Shown in pieces: positions 1 to 11,700 of a stretch of 64,000 bases of DNA (the first letter of the stretch is position 1; each line of letters starts with the position of its first letter). The stretch lies in assembly GCA_964016885.1 (NCBI GenBank), contig OZ024740.1:158224001-158288000 (forward strand), given 5' to 3'. The notes beneath the pieces were generated by a model. The model had not been told where the DNA came from. It was given only the letters and a program-made list of their open reading frames with translations, and searched no databases. The DNA is from Eledone cirrhosa (taxonomy: Eukaryota). Made by a program: the position numbers and the translations under genes.

Positions 1-3000
1 CAAATACCTGAAATTGCAGACACCACACCTACAACAAACATAGACATACCCGAAACAACACCACCAAAACCATCGCCACCACCTTCACCAAAACGAAAAC
101 AAATAAAACCACACCAACAAAATGTTAAAAACTTCGTGCTTGTCAGAAGGGCCAACGATAAACTGATGGCCCTCTTAGCGCGAAGCGAGGAGATTCAAAC
201 AGAGGGGGAGATTTTTGAAATGAGCACATTTTGCGTGCCAGAAGATTTCTGGTCCGAATGTCACTCAATTCCTTCAAAGAAATTCGACAGAGCTTTCCTC
301 AAGACGTGGGAACCCCGAATGTGAAACCCAAATCAAGACTTTTAAAGGGGTTCCCAAAAGAAACCCCACCAACCATGGAGGTAGAACCACCCGACCTTCA
401 CAAGACCCGGGAGGTAAGTAAACCTTCCCTATCTCTCTCTTAGCTTACCAATATGGCCATATTAAGAGTAGGAAGTTTAAATGTTCGCGGCCTGGGGTCA
501 CCCTGGAAGCAGGGTCGCCTGCTCAACGACCTCCGGTCGCTGGAAATGGATGTGATTGCCGTAAGCGAGACCAGAATTTCCGACACGCGCGCACTAGCTC
601 CCATTTTCAACTACTATCATATCTTCGCATCTGTTAGCAGGCCGGGAATGGGGGGTGGGGTGGCAGTGCTGTTTAGGAAAGGACTGGATCTCGAGGTCGA
701 TCTTCCGGGACCCGGACGGTAAGTTGGTGGTCTTGGATGTGAGCAGTAGCGAAGGTGGTGCCTTTAGACTGCTGGCCGTCTACGCCCCTACAGGGGCCGA
801 ACGACCTGACTTCTTTAGGCGCCTGGAGACCTTTCTGGGTACTTCTCGCCCTTTATTGTTAGCGGGAGACTGGAATGGCATCTTAGACGCACGCTGGGAT
901 TGTGTGGGAGTAGCCGATAGGAGCGGGGGGTGCAAAAGCCTCAAGCACCTACTCAGCCAGTTCCAACTGTCTGACAGGTATCGACTAGATTTTCCCAATG
1001 TGCCAGTATGGACATGGACCAACCGAATGGGGTCATCTAGATCGTATATAGACAGGATCTTCATTAGGAAAATAGATAGAAATAGTGTGGGCTGTCCACT
1101 TTTTAAAACGGTCGCCTATTCAGATCACAAATTTGTGATCTGTACGGTCGACCTAAATAAAACGCGTAGGTTAGGACCGGGTTACTGGAAGCTGAACATG
1201 TCATTTCCGGCACGTAAGGCTTACAGGGACCGAGTCAACAATTTAGTTAAGCAAAAGTTGACAGGGGGGGATCATCAACAACAGATGGTGGGTGGCTCTC
1301 AAAAGAGAGATTAGAGTAACTTCGATAGAGTTCAGCAAAGAACTAGCGTTAGAGAAAAATAGAAAGGAGGGGGAGCTGGTAGATAAGTTAGACGAGGCTA
1401 TTTGTAGTGGCATCGCAACTGACGTGCTAGCGGCGAGAATGGCATTAGACCATTTCTTCAATGCCAAACACGAAGGTTGCATTGTCAGAGCTAAGGCGCG
1501 TGCGCTGAGAAACGAGGGAACTAAAGCTGTTCGATGGGCCCGCGTGGTGGAGGCGCAGCATGGTAATAAAACCACAATTCGGTCTTTGGCGGACCGAGAC
1601 GGACACGAGATAAGCGATTCCAAGCGGATGTGTGAGGCCTTTCGCCAGCACTTTGCTCGGTTGTTCAGAGAGAGTGGCGAGTTAGAGAGAGTAGCGGATT
1701 TCAGTCCCTACCTTGACGGCTTGCCGCGCATCTCGACGGTCGACGCTGAGCGCTGCGAAAAGCCGATTACTTCAGCCGAAATTCAGGACGCCCTTGTCGG
1801 CTGCATGAGGCGCAAGTCACCCGGTTTGGATGGCCTGCCCTACGAGCTTTACGTAAATATGCCAGACTTGTTCTCTGAACTCCTCGAAGCACTCTACTGC
1901 AACTGGCAGCAGAATGGGAGTATTCCCAGTTCTGTGAGCAGGGGAGTGGTGACGCTGATAAGGAAAGACGAGAACAAGAGGGATACATTAGACAGCTTCG
2001 GGCCCATAACTCTGCTCAACACAGAGTTTAAGATTTTGGCCAAGGTGTTAGCAAAGAGATTGGCGCTTGTCGTCGAGGATTTGGTTGGGGAGGCGCAAAC
2101 TTGCGCAATCCCAGCCAGGTCCATACACGACAATCTCCACCTCATGCGATACATCATAGAGAGGGTAGGGTGTAAACCTGGCTTCGGTGGGGCACTGATC
2201 AATTTAGATCAATCGAAAGCATTCGACCGGGTCGACCATCGGAATCTGGAGTTTGTCCTCAAAGCAGCTGGCTTCGGCCCTGTCTTTAGAAGCTGGATCG
2301 TTGTAATGCACAGCGACACATGCTCGGTCGTCAAGGTTAATGGCCACCTCTCGGAACCATTTCGGCTCTCCCGATCGGTCCGTCAAGGGTGCCCTCTCTC
2401 TTCCCTTCTGTACGTATTGACTCTCGAGCCTTTACTGCGGAAGCTGGAGCTGTTGCAGGGCATCCCGCTCGAACCGGGACGTGGAAAGGCGGTGTCGGCT
2501 TATGCGGACGACATCACCGTGATGGTGTCGAACACCTCAGAAATCGAGGTGGTCGGCACCTTATTGAAGGAATATGAAAGGTTGACAGGAGCCAAACTTA
2601 ACCCGGAAAAGTCGGTGGGCTTGCAGCTCGGAACCTGGAGAGGCAAGCCCATGCCGTCCAACAGCGTCGTGGGGCGCTGGACGGACGGACCGGTAAAGTT
2701 GCTTGGAGTTTGGTTCGGACCAGACCTCCAGGTGGAAAAGAATTGGGACGAGGTAACGAGCAGAGTAGCCAGTCTCACCCAAAAATGGGCTGGGAGGAAG
2801 CTATCACTGAAAGGTCGCGCGGAGGTGGAGAATGCGTACATCGCGTCCGTCATCTACTACCGCCTGACCGTCGTGCCTTGCCCCCGTCCGCGCCTAGTCA
2901 AGTTGGAACGGCTCCTCTTCAAATTTTTGTGGAGGGGACAAGTTCCGTTGGTGAGGCGGTCCATCTGCTGTCAGCACCCTCTACGCGGAGGGCTGGGCAT

Positions 3001-4131
3001 GCCGTGGCTAATGATGCGCAGACATGCGTTGAGGCTGCGACATCTCCAGATATTCTGCCTCAACGGTGAACAGGTGTGGTCGCCGTTTATCAGACGGGCC
3101 TTTCCGCAGCTCATTTCTTTGACTGAGCTGCAGTCCTGGGTCAAGAAGAGACCGAGACTGGGTGACTGGCACCTGGAATGTTGCCAGGAACTCACTGCCC
3201 TCTACCAAGCGGGCAATGCGATCAGTGGAACTTCCACTCTCGAGTTCTATAGAGGATTAGTGGTGGGCAAGTGCGATGACGCACTTGGAGAAGCTTTGGG
3301 CCTCGACGAAGTCGAACTGACCAGTCTGTACCGGAGGGCCTTTGAGCCGGGGACGATGGACAATTTCCAGAAATCCCTCGCTTGGCAGTGCTACCGGGGA
3401 GCACTGCCGGTTCGGGATAAACTCTACAGGCACGGAAGTGCTGTCAGACGGACCTGCCCAAGATGCGCACAGAACGACGAAATAGTTCTGCACGCACTTG
3501 TCCAATGTCCGTGCATTACTGACTTGTGGAGTTATGTCGAACAGCTACTGTCGCGTGTAGAACGAATCCGGCTATCTGCCGAGTCCATAGTGAAGATCGA
3601 CCCACCGCCTTCCTTAGGTCAGGAAGAGCACGAAATTTTGCTCTCTCAGTTATATGGTGGACCAGGTTGAAAGGACTAAAGACAGATACTTTTCTGTTCG
3701 GCCAATCCCTCATCAACTTCTTCAAGTTTCACCTGGAAAGGAAGGTGAGGGTGGAGAGAGAAGTGCTGCCCCCCAGTACATTTGTTAAAAGGTGGGTGAA
3801 TGTGGCGAGAATGGCTCGTGTGAATGGGCCTACTCTGACCATGCGCCTATAGGCTGGCTAACTTGAGGAGAGGGGTGCTCTCCCTGGGTGCCATAGAAGC
3901 GCAGGGTGGTTCAGGATTGGTGGGGTACCCGAATCACCCCAGGGTCGTCCACCCCCTATCGGGGAATTTATTTTGTTATATTTATGCATAGTTTATTTTA
4001 TATTTTTATATTTTCATTGTTAAATTAGTCTTGCCATTGTGCACTTTTACTCGACCTTATTGTAAACCCCCACTGTCCCTGTCTTTGTATTGTCCCCTAC
4101 ATGTCGGCCCTTGTGGCTAATAAATGAAATC
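1..4131 (+). mobile_element. Tx1-clade non-LTR retrotransposon, family A; 5' part lies outside the window
   Basis: Tail of ORF1, then ORF2 with APE (GSLNVRGL, SETRI, LAGDWN, YIDRIF, YSDHK), RT (KSPGLDGLP, DQSKAFDRV, RQGCPLS, AYADD) and a C-terminal CPRC..HALVQC motif. 3'UTR has AATAAA at 4119-4124 and runs into (ATT)n. Confidence 0.92.
453..3852 (+). pseudogene. Tx1 family A ORF2 (APE-RT-zinc finger), frameshifted
   Basis: Split into ORFs 453-722, 655-1314, 1292-3670 and 3526-3852, which together are colinear with the intact 1139-aa ORF2 at 16185-19604. Confidence 0.9.
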
Positions 4132-4146
4132 ATTATTATTATTATT

Positions 4147-7100
4147 GTTATTGTTATTCCTTGAATCTCAGTCATTGATGTTGGTTAACTGGAAAGTCCG
4201 TTGGATTGAATATCAAGCCACTACCTGCAGCCTCAGATATTCAGGACGTATCGGAGGGTTCTTGCTGTTCCAAGCAAGCATGCCTTTTGAAGCGTTCCAA
4301 AAAGCGTGAAGGGGCCGATTTTCTTTAACCATCCCTGGAAACCTTTGGAGATAGTCCCCAGTGCGCCTATGACAATCGGGATCACTTTGACTTCATGGCA
4401 GTTCCAAATCCTTTTCACCTCCCACTTTAGGTCCTGGTATCGGTTAATTTTCTCCCTCTCCTTCTCTTGCACTCTCGTGTCGAACGGGCAGGCCACATCC
4501 ACAATCAGGCACGATCTTTTTTCTTTGTCCACAACCACCAGGTCAGGTCTATTGTGTTCCAGTTTTTTGTCCGTCTGTATCCTAAAATCCCACAGCACCT
4601 TCACCTGACTGTTCTCCATCACCGCCTCTGGCCTATGCTCATACCATTTCTCAGAATGTGGTAGATTGTTTACTTTGCACAGGTGCCAGTGGATCACCCT
4701 GCCCATCACATCGTGTCTCCAGCCCTTATAGTGGGTCTGGGCTAGGTGTTTACACTCGGACACAATGTGAGCCACAGTCTCCTCTCTCTCTCCACAGATC
4801 CTGCACAGTGGGCTAGCCTCCTCCTTGTAGATATGGTGCTTCAACCACTTCGTTTTGAGGGCCTGCTCCTGCGCAGCCATTAGCATTCCTTCTGTAGCCT
4901 TTTTGAGGTCTCCTCTTCTCAACCAGTTCCATGTCTGTGGATCTCTAAATTCAGTTTTCTCAAAGAAGGTACTATGAAGGGATTTTCCCTTAAGGCTGCT
5001 CTTCCTCCTTGATGTTATTTCCTCCTTGGATATCCCCTGGCCTACTGTCCCCTCCTTCAGTACAGCTCTGAGCATTGGCTCCTTACTATAGGTCACGTAT
5101 TTGTATAGGTTGTTTTTCTCCATCTGAACACAGTCCTCTATGCTGATAAGACCTCTTCCACCCTCAGATCTCCTTAGGTAGAGTCTATCGACATCACTCC
5201 TCCCGTGGAACATGTTGTAGATAGTCAATAGCTTCCTAGTCTTCCTATCCATTTCTTTTTGTTCAGCAACATTCCATCTCAGAATTCCCGCACTGTACCT
5301 AATAATAGACACAGCTCGGGAATTTACTGCGCTTATGGCATTTCTGCTGTTCAGATGTGACTTCAATACGCTCCTTACTCTCCGAATGTATTCAGTTCTT
5401 AACAATTCCTTCATTTTTTTGTTCTTTATGCCATCAGCCTCCAGAACGCCCAAATACTTGTATCCTTCCTCAGAGTCAATTTCCTTTATCATCTCACCTG
5501 TTGGTATCTGGATCCCGTTACTTCTGCTCAACCTACCCCTCTTCATCACAATGACTCCACATTTACCAATACCAAACTGCATACATATATCACTGCTGAA
5601 AATACGGACAGTGTCAACAAGCACATCCAACTCCTTCTCACTTTTCCCGAAGAGCTTAAGATCGTCCATGAAGAGGAGGTGATTGATGGTAAGCTCTCCC
5701 CTTCCCAACTTGTATCCAGCTCTCACTTTTCGCAGCATAATGGTCAAGGGCATCAGGGCAAGGACAAACAACAGAGGGGACAGGCTATCTCCCTGGAAGA
5801 TACCTCTCTTGATCTTCACGCTTCCCAAGGATACTCTAGTTGATGTCAACTCTGTCTCCCAGGACCCCATACTCCTGCCCAGCAACTGTCTGATGTTATC
5901 TGCCACCCTGAAGATCTCCAGGCTTTTGGTGATCCAGGAATGAGGCACCATGTCAAATGCCTTTCTGTAGTCTATCCATCCCATGGCAAGATCAGTGTGT
6001 CTCCTCCTGCAATTCCCCATTACCATCTTATCAATAAGCAACTGGTCCTTTGTACCACGTGACTTCTTTCGGCATCCTTTCTGTTCGTCCGGTAACAAGT
6101 TGTTTGTGTGGAGGTGATGGTAGATTTCCTCAGACACAATGCTCGTCAACAGTTTCCACATTACGGGCAGACATGTGATAGGTCTATAGTTGGTAACATC
6201 ATTACCCTTGATTCGGTCTTTCATTATCAGAACTGTGGTACCTTTTGTCAACCACTCTGGCACCTCACCCGACACCAAGCAGTCATTGAACATGGCCGTC
6301 AGCTTCGGGTGGAGGTATGTTAAATGTTTAATCCAATACCCCTGCACACCATCTGGGCCTGGTGATTTCCAGTTGGTTAGTTTTTTGGCTTGCCCCTTAA
6401 GAGTTTCAACTGTGATACTCAAATCAGTCTGTTGTTGTGCCTGCTCACCGATCTCCCTCTGTACTGTCTCAATCCACCCTGCCTGGGCATTGTGTCTAAC
6501 ATCCTGCTCCCATATTCCTCTCCAGAATGTTTTAGCTTGTTCCGCCCCAGGGATCAAGTCGTTGCCTCTTTCTTTCCCCTCAAGCTGTCCAAACAGCATC
6601 TTCTGGTTGTTGTCGAACATGCGGTTCTGTTTATACTGACTGACTCTGTTCTCGTATCGCCTGATTTTGGCACTCTTTGCTACAATGCGTTGCTTCAATT
6701 CCTCTATGATAATATTTAGCTTTTTACTCCTAGTTTTGTATTTTATTTCCAGTCTATTTTTAGTGCCTATGTTTTTTAGTGTCCCATTCAGTAGTGACTC
6801 AAGCTTTCCTATGTCATTTCTCATTTCCCCGATTTGCCCACTCAGTCGCTTCTTCCACCACGGCTCTGCTCTTTCTTGTCTGTTGTTTCCTCTCGCTTTT
6901 ATACCAAGTAGTTTCCTCACCGTATTTGCTGTTGCTTTGAGGATATTGTTGCACTGGTGAAGACTCCTCGCCTCAAGGTATGGGATGACTTTGTTTACCT
7001 TAGCTGTTGTTTCTTTTAACTTTTTCCTGTCTACAAATCTTAGGTTCATAGGTCTCCCACTATCATTGTTCAACTCATCTACCACTAAATTTAGGATGTC

Positions 7101-8692
7101 AACCGAATCTTGTCCTAGCCCGTCAGCATACATCTCCTCAGTGGCCGTATCTCTGTTCCAGGTATTATTTATCTCAGTATTCAGATCATTGTCTGCTTCG
7201 GGTGGTTCCTCCGTTCTCAGGACCTCCTCACCTTCATTTCCCGCCGGCTCGCTTGTCTGGCATACTACACCCGCCATCTCCAAGCCATTCTCTCTGCTCA
7301 GTTCCTCCAGTTCCAGCTCGCTTATCCACCCATTAGTTCTTATTACCCGAGCCTGCCCGGCCAATTTTTGTTCATCTAATTTAAATAAACCAATCTCGTT
7401 CCAGATGTTATGCATCCGTCTCCTGTAGCCCCTCTCCTTGGGGTTACTTTTCAGGTAGCATTGCATAACAGTTCTATTCAATTCTTTCGTCCAGTTGGTT
7501 CTGGCCCCTTTCCTTCTTCTTCTTCCTCCAACATCAGCAGTATTTGGTTGACAGTCAGGTTCCTGCTGCTGAGCCAGGGGGCACCTGTTAGGTGAGAGTC
7601 TGTCACATGACGTTCTAGTCTCCATTTCACCGTTATTCGAACTGTTTATGTTCGATATTTAAACACTCTTATCGAGGATTGGCGAATGTATGTTTACATA
7701 GCCATCTGTGGATCCGCCATCCCACTTGGCCCTTGTGTGGCATTATCACCACGCTGTATACGAACACACATAAACAAACAAACACACGGGCAGAAAGGGC
7801 CCCAAAAATGAATAAGCATAAGTTTCATTGTAATGTAGTATTCGAATGTCTGACTTAGTTTTTGTTTTTTAAGTTTTACTTTTTCCCCCCTCTTCTCTGT
7901 CCGTCCGCCTGCTTCTCTCTTCATTCTTATTTTCTTTACGTTTTTGGGGTTTCTTTTTTTGTTTTTGTTTTTCTCTGTTTGTTTTTCTCGTTTTTTGCTG
8001 TTGTTGCTGTGCTGCTTTGGTTTTGTTGTTTGTTTTTTCTTTTTTCTTTTGAGTCTATCTATATATTTTGATGCCTTCCTCTTTGTTAGTAGTAGGAATT
8101 CTATAATGTGGAAGTGGCAGCCAGCAGGGAGAAGTGGGAGACTGGCGGCGTTGGCGATACTGAGACAGTGGTGGTGGTGATGTCGATACCGAGGCAGTGG
8201 TGGCGGTGATGCGACCGTATTACTGTAGTGATGGTGCTGTAGCGGTGGCAGCAGCAGTGAAGGAGTCAAGGGGTGGTGGCGGCGGTGATGGGATAGTGGT
8301 GGTAATGATGGCCGTAGTGAGCGGTGGCGGTGAAGGTGAAAATGCTGTTGTGTTTAGCGTACACAGATGATGGGGTGGGTGGTGTATCTAGTTTCTGGTG
8401 TTGGTGAGTTTAGCTGTCCTATATAGTGTAGCCAGAGGAGAGGAGGGGGGGGTTCTTCTTCTTCCATTTATAGCCATTTTTTTGGGGGGGATATACAGTG
8501 TACAATACAAAGTTGAATATTTGAATATTTGAGCCTTATAACAATATATTTTGGGTCCGAATTTTTTGGGGCTCAAGCCATGTGCTTTACGTAGCATTTG
8601 TACTAAGAGTTGTTATTTCACAAATGAGTTAAATATGTTAAAAATTCAAAACTTACGGGAGCGATTTCATGACCTCCGTCACCTCGTGCGTC
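4147..8692 (-). mobile_element. R4/Dong-type RLE non-LTR retrotransposon, subfamily A, apparently full length
   Basis: Single ORF, short 3'UTR ending in (TAA)n, and a 5'UTR of about 1 kb homologous to that of the copy at 8767-13367. Both ends abut (TAA)n. Confidence 0.9.
4233..7625 (-). CDS. Intact 1130-aa RT + restriction-like endonuclease protein
   Basis: N-terminal Myb-like RTNWTKELN; RT motifs [45 protein letters not shown]; CCHC finger CRICGEREETVAHIVSEC; RHD; PD..D nuclease RPDLVVVDKEKRSCLIVDVACP followed by K..RY. Confidence 0.93.
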   Translation of the reverse strand: METRTSCDRLSPNRCPLAQQQEPDCQPNTADVGGRRRRKGARTNWTKELNRTVMQCYLKSNPKERGYRRRMHNIWNEIGLFKLDEQKLAGQARVIRTNGWISELELEELSRENGLEMAGVVCQTSEPAGNEGEEVLRTEEPPEADNDLNTEINNTWNRDTATEEMYADGLGQDSVDILNLVVDELNNDSGRPMNLRFVDRKKLKETTAKVNKVIPYLEARSLHQCNNILKATANTVRKLLGIKARGNNRQERAEPWWKKRLSGQIGEMRNDIGKLESLLNGTLKNIGTKNRLEIKYKTRSKKLNIIIEELKQRIVAKSAKIRRYENRVSQYKQNRMFDNNQKMLFGQLEGKERGNDLIPGAEQAKTFWRGIWEQDVRHNAQAGWIETVQREIGEQAQQQTDLSITVETLKGQAKKLTNWKSPGPDGVQGYWIKHLTYLHPKLTAMFNDCLVSGEVPEWLTKGTTVLIMKDRIKGNDVTNYRPITCLPVMWKLLTSIVSEEIYHHLHTNNLLPDEQKGCRKKSRGTKDQLLIDKMVMGNCRRRHTDLAMGWIDYRKAFDMVPHSWITKSLEIFRVADNIRQLLGRSMGSWETELTSTRVSLGSVKIKRGIFQGDSLSPLLFVLALMPLTIMLRKVRAGYKLGRGELTINHLLFMDDLKLFGKSEKELDVLVDTVRIFSSDICMQFGIGKCGVIVMKRGRLSRSNGIQIPTGEMIKEIDSEEGYKYLGVLEADGIKNKKMKELLRTEYIRRVRSVLKSHLNSRNAISAVNSRAVSIIRYSAGILRWNVAEQKEMDRKTRKLLTIYNMFHGRSDVDRLYLRRSEGGRGLISIEDCVQMEKNNLYKYVTYSKEPMLRAVLKEGTVGQGISKEEITSRRKSSLKGKSLHSTFFEKTEFRDPQTWNWLRRGDLKKATEGMLMAAQEQALKTKWLKHHIYKEEASPLCRICGEREETVAHIVSECKHLAQTHYKGWRHDVMGRVIHWHLCKVNNLPHSEKWYEHRPEAVMENSQVKVLWDFRIQTDKKLEHNRPDLVVVDKEKRSCLIVDVACPFDTRVQEKEREKINRYQDLKWEVKRIWNCHEVKVIPIVIGALGTISKGFQGWLKKIGPFTLFGTLQKACLLGTARTLRYVLNI

Positions 8693-8766
<74 letters not shown>
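8693..8766. repeat. (ATT)n spacer between tandem R4/Dong copies
   Basis: Pure ATT run. Similar runs at about 4132-4146, 13368-13399, 13795-13842, 19867-19920, 45274-45306, 47187-47231, 53259-53300, 57104-57124, 57360-57405, 57841-57857 and 60317-60364. Confidence 0.97.
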
Positions 8767-11700
8767 GTTATTACTCTTTGAGTCTCAGTCATTGATGTTA
8801 GTTAACTGGAAAGTTTGTTGAGATGAATATCAAGCCACTACCTGCAGCCTCAGATATTCAGGACGTATCGGAGGGTTCTTGCTGATCCCAGCAAGCATGC
8901 ATTTTGAAGCGTTCCAAAAAGCGTGAAGGGGCCAATTTTCTTTAACCATCCCTGGAAACTTTTTGAGATAGTCCCTAGTGCGCCTATGACAATCGGGATC
9001 ACTTTGACTTCATGGCAGTTCCAAATCCTTTTTACCTCCCACTTTAAGTCCTGGTATCGGTTAATTTTCTCCCTCTCCTTCTCTTGCACTCTCGTGTCGA
9101 ATGGGCAGGCCACATCCACAATCAGGCACGATCTTTTTTCTTTGTCCAAAACCACCAGGTCAGGTCTATTGTGTTCCAGTTTCTTGTCCGTCTGTATCCT
9201 AAAATCCCACAGCACCTTCACCTGATCGTTTTCTATCACCGCCTCTGGCTTATGCTCATACCACTTCTCAGAATGTGGTAAATTATTTATTTTGCATAGG
9301 TGCCTGTGGATCACTCTGCCCATCACATCATGTCTCCAGCCCTCATAGTGAGTCTGGGCTAGGTGTTTACACTCGGATACAATGTGAGCCACAGTCTCCT
9401 CTATCTCTCCACAGATCCTGCACTGTGGGCTAGCCTCCTCCTTGTAAATGTGGTGTTTCAACCACTTCGTTTTGAGGGCCTGCTCCTGCGCAGCCATGAA
9501 CAATCCTTCTGTAGCCTTTTTAAGGTCTCCTCTTTTCAACCAGTTCCATGTCTGTGGATCTCTAAATTCAGTTTTCTCAAAGAAGGTACTATGAAGGGAT
9601 TTTTCCTGAAAGCTGCTCTTTCTCCTTGATGTTATTTCCTCCTTGGACATCCCCTGGCCTATTGTCCCCTCCTTCAGTACATTTCTGAGCATTGGCTCCT
9701 TACTATCAGTCACGTATTTGTGTAGGTTGTTTTTCTCCATCTGAACACAGTCCTTTATTCTGATAAGACCTCTTCCACCCTCAGATCTCCTTAAGTAGAG
9801 TATATCGACATCACTCCTCTTGTGGAACATATTGTAGATAGTCAATAGCTTCCTAGTCTTCCTATCCATTTCTTTTTGACAGTGTCAACAAGCACATCCA
9901 ACTCCTTCTCACTCTTCCCGAAGAGCTTAAGATCGTCCATGAAGAGGAGGTGATTGATGGTAAGCCCTCCCTTTCCCAACCTGTATCCTGCTCTCACTTT
10001 TCGCAGTACACTGGTCAGGGGCATCAGGGCAAGGACAAACAACAGAGGGGACAGACTATCTCCCTGGAAGATACCTCTCTTGATCTTCACGCTTCCCAAG
10101 GATTCTCCAGTTGATGTTAACTCTGTTTCCCAGGACTTCATACTTTTGCCCAACAACTGTCTGATGTTATCTGCCACCTTGAAGATCTCCAGGCTTTTGG
10201 TGATCCAAGAATGAGGCACCATGTCAAATGCCTTTTTGTAGTCTATCCATCCCATGGCAAGACCAGTGTGTCCCCTCTTGCAATTCCTCATTACCATCTT
10301 ATCAATAAGTAACTGGTCCTTTGTACCACGTGACTTCTTTCGGCATCCTTTCTGTTCGTCCGGTAACAAGTTGTTTGTGTGGAGGTGATGGTAGATTTCC
10401 TCAGACATAATGCTTGTCAACAGTTTCCACATTATGGACAGACATGTGATAGGTCTATATTTGGTAACATCATTACCCTTGATTCAGTCTTTCATTATCA
10501 GAACTGTGGTACCTTTTGTCAACCACTCTGGTACCTCACCTGACATCAAGCAGTCATTGAACATGGTTGTCAGTTTCGGGTGGAGGGATGTTATGTTTTT
10601 AATCCAATACCCCTGCACACGATCTGGGCCAGGTGATTTCCAGTTGGTTAGTTTTTTGGCCTGCCCCTTAAGAGTTTCAACTGTGATACTCAAATCAGTC
10701 TGTTGGCGTGCCTGTTCACTGATCTCCTTCTGTACTGTCTCAATCCACACTGCCTAGTCATTATGTTTAACATCCTGCTCCCATATTCCTCTCCAGAATG
10801 TTTTAGTTTGTTCCGCCTCAGGGATCAAGTCGTTGCCTCTTTCTTTCCCTTCAAGCTGTCCAAACAGCATCTTCTGGTTGTTGTCGAACATGCGGTTCTG
10901 TCTATACTGGCTGACTCTGTTCTCGTATCGCCTGATTTTTGCACTTTTTGCTACAATGCGTTGCTTCAGTTCCTCTATGATAATATTTAGCTTTTTCCTC
11001 CTAGTTTTGTACTTTATTTCCAGTCTATTTTTAGTGTCTATGTTTTTTAGTGTCCCATTCAGTAGGGACTCAAGCTTTCCAATGTCATTTCTCATTTCCC
11101 TGATTTGACCACTCAGTCGTTTCTTCCACCAAGGCTCTGCTCTTTCTTGTCTGTTGTTTCCTCTCGCTTTTATACCAAGTAGTTTCCTCACCGTATTTGC
11201 TGTTGCTTTGAGGATATTGTTGCACTGGTGAAGGCTCCTTGCCTCAAGGTATGGGATGACTTTGTTTCCCTTAGCTGTTGTTTCTTTTAACTTTTTCCTG
11301 TCTACAAATCTTAGGTTCATAGGTCTCGCACTATCATTGTTCAATTCATCTACCACTAAGTTTAGGATATCTACCAAATCTTGTCCTAGCCCGTCAGCAT
11401 TCGTCTCCTTAGTGGCCGTATCTCTGTTCCAGGTATTATTTATCTCAGCATTCAGATTATTGTCTATTTCGGGTGGTTCCTCCGTTCTCTCGACCTCTTC
11501 ACCTTCATTTCCCACTGGCTCGTTTGCCTGTCATACTCCACCCTCCATCTCCAAGCTAATCTCTCTGCCCAGTTCCTCCAGTTCCAGCTCGCTTATCCAC
11601 CCATTAGTTCTTATTACCCGAGCCTGCCCGGCCAGTTTTTGTTCATCTAATTTAAATGGACCAATCTCGTTCCAGATGTTATGCATCCTTTTCCTATAAC

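Noticed and set aside
4306-7428. Recurrent antisense ORFs over the R4 and Tx1 coding regions
   Set aside because: Shadow frames; they recur only because the elements are near-identical copies.
7694-8269. 191-aa basic ORF upstream of the R4-A ORF (possible ORF1)
   Set aside because: Low-complexity sequence, non-ATG start, and not conserved as an ORF in the subfamily B 5'UTR.
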